Of a DNA stretch of 57,996 nt, positions 52,292 through 57,996 are shown piece after piece; within the stretch, counting starts at the first letter, position 1, and every line of letters begins with the position of its first letter. This stretch comes from Candidatus Tagabacteria bacterium CG_4_10_14_0_2_um_filter_40_13 (GTDB taxonomy: Bacteria > Patescibacteriota > Minisyncoccia > GCA-002779875): the NCBI GenBank assembly GCA_002792165.1, contig PFNV01000040.1, positions 1-57,996 of the forward strand. Reading direction: 5' to 3'. A model generated the notes under the pieces. That model was not told the DNA's origin. It was given only the letters and a program-made list of their open reading frames with translations, and ran no database searches. The position numbers and the translations under genes were made by a program.

Positions 52292-53377
52292 TTATATTCC
52301 TTCTTCGCGTAATTCCTCTATAATTTTTTTACTGCGATTAGACAATCTTTTAGGAATTCTTATGAATATTTTAATCAGCAGATCCCCCCTTGCGCCGTGG
52401 ACAGAAGGAATACCTTTGCCGCGAACGCGCATAATCTCTCCCGAATCGACTCCCGCGGGAATTTTAAGCTTAATGTTCCCGTCGAGCGTTTTAATATCTT
52501 TTTCCCCTCCCAAAAGCGCGTCGGATAACCTTACATCCAAATCCATCACAAGATTATTCCCTTCTTTTTTGAAAAACGGATGAGGTTTCACATGGATTTT
52601 CACGTATAAATCTCCTGCTACGCCGTAGGCTATTGCCTCGCCCTGTTTCGATAGTTTTATCATTTGACCATTCTCTATGCCGCCGGGGATTTTTATTTTC
52701 ACTTCTTCGTTTTTCGGCAATATTCCTTCTCCCCTGCAAGCGGAACATTTTTTCTCCGGAATTTTCCCCCGTCCGCGGCAATTACCGCATTCCGCTAAAG
52801 AAGCGATATTGCCGAAAAAAGAACGCCTGGTTTCGTGTATTTTTCCCGAGCCTTGGCACATAGGACAAGTTTTAAAACTTGTTCCTTCTTCGGCGCCTTT
52901 ACCTTGGCATCTTTCGCAAAAACCCAATTTTGTCAAAACAACTTTTCGTTCCACTCCGAATGCCGCTTCTTCAAAACTTATTTCCAGATCAATGGAAATA
53001 TCGCGGCCTCTTTTGACGCGAGTCCGCCCTCCCCTTGAAGAAAATCCGAAAATATCCCCAAAAATATCACCGAGATTCAAATCTTGAAAACCGGAAAATT
53101 CTCCCTCGGAAAAATCGCCGAAACCGCCGAAATCCCAGCCCGAGGCTGGTCCGCCGGAAGCGCCGCTGAAAACCCTGCCGTATCTGTCATACTCCGCTCT
53201 TTTTACATCGTCTATTAAGATATGATAAGCCTCGTTGATTTCCTTGAATTTTTCTTCGCTGCCGCCGGATTTATCCGGATGATATTTAAGCGCCAATTTG
53301 CGGTATGCTTTTTTAATATCTTCTTTGGAAGCATTTCTTGAAATACCCAGTATTTGATAATAATCTCTTGTTGTCAT
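52292..53377 (-). CDS. dnaJ: molecular chaperone DnaJ
   Basis: J-domain (DYYQILG..HPDK), G/F region and four CxxCxGxG zinc-finger repeats. Confidence 0.9.
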   Translation of the reverse strand: MTTRDYYQILGISRNASKEDIKKAYRKLALKYHPDKSGGSEEKFKEINEAYHILIDDVKRAEYDRYGRVFSGASGGPASGWDFGGFGDFSEGEFSGFQDLNLGDIFGDIFGFSSRGGRTRVKRGRDISIDLEISFEEAAFGVERKVVLTKLGFCERCQGKGAEEGTSFKTCPMCQGSGKIHETRRSFFGNIASLAECGNCRGRGKIPEKKCSACRGEGILPKNEEVKIKIPGGIENGQMIKLSKQGEAIAYGVAGDLYVKIHVKPHPFFKKEGNNLVMDLDVRLSDALLGGEKDIKTLDGNIKLKIPAGVDSGEIMRVRGKGIPSVHGARGDLLIKIFIRIPKRLSNRSKKIIEELREEGI

Positions 53378-53380
53378 TTA

Positions 53381-55282
53381 TTATTTTTTGTCGCCATCGT
53401 CCTCTTTATAATCGGCATCCTTGATATTATCTTCCGGCGGTTGCGGTGGCTGTTGCGACTGTTGCGAACCTTGCTTATAAAGCAATTCTCCTATTTTCTG
53501 GATTTCACGCGACAGATCTGCAGTCGCGTTTTTTATCGCGTCGGCGTCATTGCCTTCTTTAACTTTTTTAACAGCTTCGATTTTTTCTTCAATAGTTTTT
53601 TTGATATCCGCGGGAACTTTATCGCCCGCGTCTCTTAAAGCTTTTTCGCTGGTATAAACTAATGCGTCAGCGGCATTTTTTATTTCTACAGATTCTTTTT
53701 TCACGCGATCTTCATCGGCATGAATCTGAGCGTCCTGCTTCATTTTCTCTATCTCGTTTTTAGTAAGGCCGGATGAAGCTTCGATGCGAATTACCTGTTC
53801 CTTTCCGGTGGCCTTATCCCTTGCTTTCACGTTAAGAATGCCATTCGCATCGATATCAAATGTAACTTCAATTTGAGGCAAACCGCGAGGCGAAGGCGGA
53901 ATTCCATCCAGCATAAAGCGGCCGAGCGTTTTATTGTCTTGAGCCATTTCGCGTTCCCCCTGCAATACATGGATTTCAACGGAGGTTTGGCCGTCTGCGG
54001 CCGTAGAAAAAACCTGCGAGCGGGAAACGGGAATGGTCGTATTTTTTTCCAAAAGCCTTGTCATAACGCCTCCCAGCGTTTCAATGCCAAGCGAAAGCGG
54101 AGTAACGTCCAGAAGGAGCACATCTTTCACTTCTCCGGCAAGAATACCGCCCTGAACAGCCGCTCCGACCGCCACAACCTCATCGGGATTAATGGATTTA
54201 TTCGGTTCCCTGTTAAAAAGGTTTTTGACGGCTTGTTGAATCGCGGGCATGCGGGTTTGTCCTCCAACCAGAATAACTTCTTCAATTTCCGAAGGTTCCA
54301 TTTTGGCGGATTTTAATGCTCTCTTAGTTATTTCGATTGAGCGTTCAATATCTTCGCCGACCAACTCTTCGAGTTTGGCGCGGGTGAATTTTAAAAGAAG
54401 ATGTTTCGGTCCCGAAGAATCTGATGTAATGAATGGGATATTAATTTCCGTTTCGAATGTTGAAGACAATTCATGTTTTGCTTTTTCCGCGGCGTCTTTC
54501 AATCGCTGTAACGCCAAAAAATCCTTCGAAATATCTATTCCGCTTTCTTTTTTAAATTCAGAAACTATCCATCTAATGATTTTTTGATCAAAATCGTCTC
54601 CTCCCAAATGAGTATCGCCGTCTGTCGCTTTCACTTCAATAACCTCATCTCCAACTTCCAGTATTGAAATGTCTAATGTTCCTCCACCGAAATCGTAAAC
54701 AGCAATCTGTTCATTTTTCTTTTTATTAAATCCGTACGCCAAAGCCGCCGCGGTCGGTTCGTTTAAAATTCGCCGCACCTTAAAACCCGCGATTTCTCCC
54801 GCATCTTTCGTGGCTTTGCGCTGGCTGTCGTTAAAATAAGCCGGAACAGTGATTATTGCCTCTTCTATTTTCTGCCCAAGTTTCGCTTCGGCATCATGCT
54901 TGAGTTTTTGTAAAACCATTGCTGAAATTTCTTCCGGACGATACCATCCGCCAGCTGGCGAATCGCCCATTTTCACTTCCACCCCGCCGCTTGCGGAAGC
55001 CCTCATCTTATACGGCAACCATTTCTTGTCTTTAACGACTTCTGCGTCGGTAAACAGCCGGCCAACTAAACGTTTTATGGAGAAAATGGTGTTTTCGGCG
55101 TTAGTCACCGCTTGTCTTTTCGCCAAAAGTCCGGCCAGACGGTCTCCGGCCTTTGAAATGGAAATTATCGAAGGCGTTGTGCGCCCTCCTTCTTCATTTT
55201 CCAAAATTCTCGGCTCTCCGGCTTCTATAAAAGCCATCGCCGAATTAGTTGTTCCTAAATCAATACCTAAAATTTTACTCAT
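53381..55282 (-). CDS. dnaK: molecular chaperone DnaK
   Basis: [17 protein letters not shown]-type ([10 protein letters not shown]) and [11 protein letters not shown] blocks. Confidence 0.95.
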   Translation of the reverse strand: MSKILGIDLGTTNSAMAFIEAGEPRILENEEGGRTTPSIISISKAGDRLAGLLAKRQAVTNAENTIFSIKRLVGRLFTDAEVVKDKKWLPYKMRASASGGVEVKMGDSPAGGWYRPEEISAMVLQKLKHDAEAKLGQKIEEAIITVPAYFNDSQRKATKDAGEIAGFKVRRILNEPTAAALAYGFNKKKNEQIAVYDFGGGTLDISILEVGDEVIEVKATDGDTHLGGDDFDQKIIRWIVSEFKKESGIDISKDFLALQRLKDAAEKAKHELSSTFETEINIPFITSDSSGPKHLLLKFTRAKLEELVGEDIERSIEITKRALKSAKMEPSEIEEVILVGGQTRMPAIQQAVKNLFNREPNKSINPDEVVAVGAAVQGGILAGEVKDVLLLDVTPLSLGIETLGGVMTRLLEKNTTIPVSRSQVFSTAADGQTSVEIHVLQGEREMAQDNKTLGRFMLDGIPPSPRGLPQIEVTFDIDANGILNVKARDKATGKEQVIRIEASSGLTKNEIEKMKQDAQIHADEDRVKKESVEIKNAADALVYTSEKALRDAGDKVPADIKKTIEEKIEAVKKVKEGNDADAIKNATADLSREIQKIGELLYKQGSQQSQQPPQPPEDNIKDADYKEDDGDKK

Positions 55283-55309
55283 ATGCTTTGATTATTAATT
55301 GTTTTATTT

Positions 55310-55843
55310 TTATTTTTGTTTCGATATTTTTACTTTTGCCGGTCTGATAACGCGTCCGTGCAACAAATATCCTTTCTGCACTTCTTCAATAATGATTCCC
55401 TCTTCTTTTTCAGATTCAATTTCGCCCACTATTTCATGAAGCTGAAGGTTCATTTTTTCACCCATACTCTTTATGGAAGAAAAACCGTACTTTCCCAGAG
55501 TATCCTCTAGTTGTATTTTAATCAAAAGAACGCCTTTTGAAAACTTGGAATCCTTCTCGTTTTCTAAAGCCAAATTAAAACTGTCTAAGATCGGCAAGAT
55601 GTCGGAGATTAGCATAAAATTCGCGAATTTTGCAAAATCCTGATTGCGCCGTTCATCGTCTTTTCTGGCGTTTATAAGATCTGCTTTTGCTCTTTGCCAT
55701 CCGTTAAGATATTCTTCCTTAAGTTCCTGGCATTTTTTGAGTTTCTCCTGCAACTGTTTGAATTTTTCTTGAATATCTAAATTCCCGCCATCATCAACAG
55801 TTTCCTCTACTGTAATTTCTTCTTTGTTATTTTCCTCATTCAT
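55310..55843 (-). CDS. grpE: nucleotide exchange factor GrpE
   Basis: Coiled-coil N-terminus (YLNGWQRAKADLINARK) and a beta C-domain ending GYLLHGRVIRPAKV. Confidence 0.85.
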   Translation of the reverse strand: MNEENNKEEITVEETVDDGGNLDIQEKFKQLQEKLKKCQELKEEYLNGWQRAKADLINARKDDERRNQDFAKFANFMLISDILPILDSFNLALENEKDSKFSKGVLLIKIQLEDTLGKYGFSSIKSMGEKMNLQLHEIVGEIESEKEEGIIIEEVQKGYLLHGRVIRPAKVKISKQK

Positions 55844-55856
55844 AGATGTTTTTCTT

Positions 55857-56306
55857 TTACCTCTTGCTCCATTGCGGGGCCTTTCTTGCTTTTTTAAGGC
55901 CGAATTTTCTCCTTTCTTTCATTCTCGAATCACGCTTCAAAAAACCGAGATGCTTCAACGGTTTGCGCAAGGCCGGCTGAAATTTTTCCAATACCCTCGC
56001 GATACCATGCCTTACCGCTCCGGACTGGGAACTTATTCCCCCGCCCATTACTTTAACTTCTATTCCGACTTTCTGCAAAAGTTGAGTTTCTTTAAGCGGT
56101 TCTTGAATCGTCCGTTGCAAGCTTACCGTCGGAAAATACATTAAAAAATCTTTCCCATTGACGATAATACTGCCTTTTACGGCATCAAAAAGCCGCACGC
56201 GGGCAACCGATGTTTTCCTCCGGCCCACAGCTTCAATATAATGCCTTTGCTTTTTCAACGATTCTGCAGTTGAAACAGATTTTGTTTTTGTTGTTTTCGT
56301 AATCAT
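55857..56306 (-). CDS. rpsI: 30S ribosomal protein S9
   Basis: GRRKTSVARV.. block and the C-terminal ..KFGLKKARKAPQWSKR block. Confidence 0.9.
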   Translation of the reverse strand: MITKTTKTKSVSTAESLKKQRHYIEAVGRRKTSVARVRLFDAVKGSIIVNGKDFLMYFPTVSLQRTIQEPLKETQLLQKVGIEVKVMGGGISSQSGAVRHGIARVLEKFQPALRKPLKHLGFLKRDSRMKERRKFGLKKARKAPQWSKR

Positions 56307-56311
56307 AATAT

Positions 56312-56662
56312 TTATGCTTCAATAATAAGATTTTTCAAAATTTCTTTTCTAAGTCTATTTTTAGGAAGCATTCCTAGAACCGCATGCTTGAAAATTACAG
56401 TATACCCTTTTTCTATAAATTTTTTCATAGAAACATATTTCAAGCCGCCGGGATGTCCCGAATATTTCGGGTATGTTTTCTGCTCGAGTTTTTTGGAAGT
56501 TATTCTCAGCTTAGAAAGATTAATCACCTTAACTCGTATTTTCGGTTTTATGCCAGGCGAATAAGCAGCGGTTGTTTTCGCCATTAAGTTTTTTGCCGTT
56601 TCCGAAGCTACTCTCCCCAGCGCTTTATCTTTTGCGTCAATGATAATTTCAAGCTTTTCCAT
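56312..56662 (-). CDS. rplM: 50S ribosomal protein L13 (short, 116 aa)
   Basis: IDAKDKALGRVAS..AK.L and AVLGMLPKN.L blocks. Lacks the usual C-terminal tail. Confidence 0.85.
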   Translation of the reverse strand: MEKLEIIIDAKDKALGRVASETAKNLMAKTTAAYSPGIKPKIRVKVINLSKLRITSKKLEQKTYPKYSGHPGGLKYVSMKKFIEKGYTVIFKHAVLGMLPKNRLRKEILKNLIIEA

Positions 56663-56668
56663 ATTATA

Positions 56669-57022
56669 TTATTTAATGAATTCTATAATTGCCATCGGGC
56701 TCGTATCTCCTGTTTTCCTCCTGCCTAATTTGATAATTCGGGTATAGCCCCCATGCCTTTCGGCATATCGCGGCGCGATTTCTTCAAATATTTTTTTAAC
56801 CTGTTTCGGCACAAACGTTTTTGCGAGTATACGACGGTTGCTTACCGTATTTTTTTTCGCTCTTGTTATCATCTTCTCTATCAGCGGCCGAATCTCCTTG
56901 GCTTTGGCTTCGGTTATAACCATTTTTTCCGCCTTTATAAAATTATTCAAAAGAGAACGAATCAAACTTCGCCTTACTTTTCTTATCCTGCCGAATTTTC
57001 TCCCCTTTTGTAGATGTTTCAT
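56669..57022 (-). CDS. rplQ: 50S ribosomal protein L17
   Basis: MKHLQKGRKFGR....R..L.R.L block, followed by GGYTRI.KLG.R.GD. Confidence 0.9.
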   Translation of the reverse strand: MKHLQKGRKFGRIRKVRRSLIRSLLNNFIKAEKMVITEAKAKEIRPLIEKMITRAKKNTVSNRRILAKTFVPKQVKKIFEEIAPRYAERHGGYTRIIKLGRRKTGDTSPMAIIEFIK

Positions 57023-57996
57023 TTAAGCGTTAAACCTAGTTCAGTAAGCGCCTGCTTAATCTGGTCTACGGCTTTTTTGCCTACGCCTTCAATTTCCAAA
57101 AGATCGCTTTCTTTTTTTCTGGTTAGTCCGCCGATCGACCTTATTCCGGCGGCGGAAAGCGCGCTAGAAACGCGGCCGGAAAGTTTTAAATCTTCAATTC
57201 GCGTCTTCAAGGTTTCAGTTTCCGGAGCGCCTCCCTCTTTTTTCTCGGATTTTTCATTATCAATTTCTTCAGTCTCTTCTAAGGCTTCTTCAACTTCTTT
57301 TTCTTTTGAAGAAATTTCTTCGGCTTTTGCGGCAATACCGCCAACTGCTTCTAATTGTTTTATTGTAATTTTAATCGCCTGATCCAACGCGTCGGCCGGA
57401 CTTATGCTTCCATCTGTTTCTATGACGAAACGAAGACGATTATAATCCGTGCGATCGCCCACGCGCATATTTTCCACTTCGTAATTTACTCTTCTGATCG
57501 GGGTGAAAACCGCATCCAATAACAAAGTTCCGATATCTACTTTTTCTTTTTGCAGGGCTTCGCGGGGAACATAACCTAATCCTTTTTCTACGGTCAATTC
57601 AAATTTCAGCTTCGCGTCTTTGGTCGTTAAAGTCGCTATCGACAATTCTTTATTCAAAATTTCTACCTGGCTGGGCGCTTCCAAATCTTTTGCGGTAATT
57701 TTTTTTTGCCCTTTTGCGGACAATGTAACGGTTTGAGGTTCATCGCCGTAAAGCTTAAATCTAAGCTGTTTAAGATTCAAAAGAATAAGGATAACATCCT
57801 CTTTTACACCAGGAATAGTCGAAAATTCATGGCTTACGCCATCGATTTTGACGGCCGTAGCCGCTACGCCGGGGAGGGAGGAAAGAAGAACGCGCCTTAA
57901 CGCATTGCCAAAAGTATATCCGTAACCGGCATAAAGACCGTCGATTTCATATATTCCCTTAGTGCCCTCTTCCAAAACAGCTCTGGGCTTTGATGG
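57019..57996 (-). CDS. rpoA: DNA-directed RNA polymerase alpha subunit (5' end runs off the window)
   Basis: GYGYTFGNALRRVLLSSLPG block in the NTD, an acidic linker and a CTD HhH (LSGRVSSAL..AGI..IG.L). The reading frame is open to position 57996. Confidence 0.9.
   Translation of the reverse strand, partial: PSKPRAVLEEGTKGIYEIDGLYAGYGYTFGNALRRVLLSSLPGVAATAVKIDGVSHEFSTIPGVKEDVILILLNLKQLRFKLYGDEPQTVTLSAKGQKKITAKDLEAPSQVEILNKELSIATLTTKDAKLKFELTVEKGLGYVPREALQKEKVDIGTLLLDAVFTPIRRVNYEVENMRVGDRTDYNRLRFVIETDGSISPADALDQAIKITIKQLEAVGGIAAKAEEISSKEKEVEEALEETEEIDNEKSEKKEGGAPETETLKTRIEDLKLSGRVSSALSAAGIRSIGGLTRKKESDLLEIEGVGKKAVDQIKQALTELGLTLK

Noticed and set aside
52677-55298. Several 100-150-aa + strand ORFs (52677..53087, 53873..54316, 54249..54587, 54849..55298)
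   Set aside because: All are antisense shadows of dnaJ and dnaK, whose identities are unambiguous.
55844-55856. Looked for a CIRCE/HrcA operator (TTAGCACTC-N9-GAGTGCTAA) ahead of grpE-dnaK-dnaJ
   Set aside because: The rpsI-grpE spacer is only 13 nt, and no CIRCE-like inverted repeat is present there or within rpsI.

Overview
AT-rich, tightly packed bacterial chromosome segment. About 70 genes, frequent 4-20 nt gene overlaps, and TGA used as a stop, so standard code 11. Nearly all of it is housekeeping. (1) secDF. (2) def and fmt. (3) murA-mreB-holB-frr-rseP-proS-mreB-mreC-mreD-mrdA. (4) greA-lysS. (5) The 5' half of a dcw cluster on the + strand: mraZ-rsmH-ftsL-ftsI-murF. (6) recR-dnaB-cysS. 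(7) The 3' half of the dcw cluster, about 19 kb away on the - strand (dac-mraY-X-ftsW-murG), followed by gltX. (8) scpAB. (9) rpoA-rplQ-rplM-rpsI-grpE-dnaK-dnaJ. There are two tRNAs, Glu-CUC and Lys-UUU. No rRNA, CRISPR array, transposase or integrase was seen. Gene content and style suggest a reduced Patescibacteria/CPR-like genome: short ribosomal proteins, a ProRS without an editing domain, a degenerate holB, PEGA and PaaX-like proteins, and two mreB copies. That placement is inference only. Items worth a second look: (a) the normally adjacent def-fmt pair is split by a 1.5-kb cassette encoding a SET-domain methyltransferase and a membrane-anchored PaaX/Cas2-fold protein, with repeat elements at every junction; (b) a second PaaX-like paralog is bracketed by 28-bp ACGATCGT-centred palindromes; (c) short GC-rich hairpin segments sit in frame inside fmt, gltX and an MBL hydrolase; (d) a GC-rich leader upstream of a CDF metal-efflux gene has a perfect 12-nt SD, a 24-codon Cys/His-rich ORF and an intrinsic terminator; (e) an array of TGTGGATAA repeats abuts mraZ (DnaA box or MraZ operator); (f) a D-aminoacylase-family gene occupies the slot normally held by murD; (g) there are gene relics of aspS and a nucleotidyltransferase. 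I did not find a clear multi-gene defence or mobile system.
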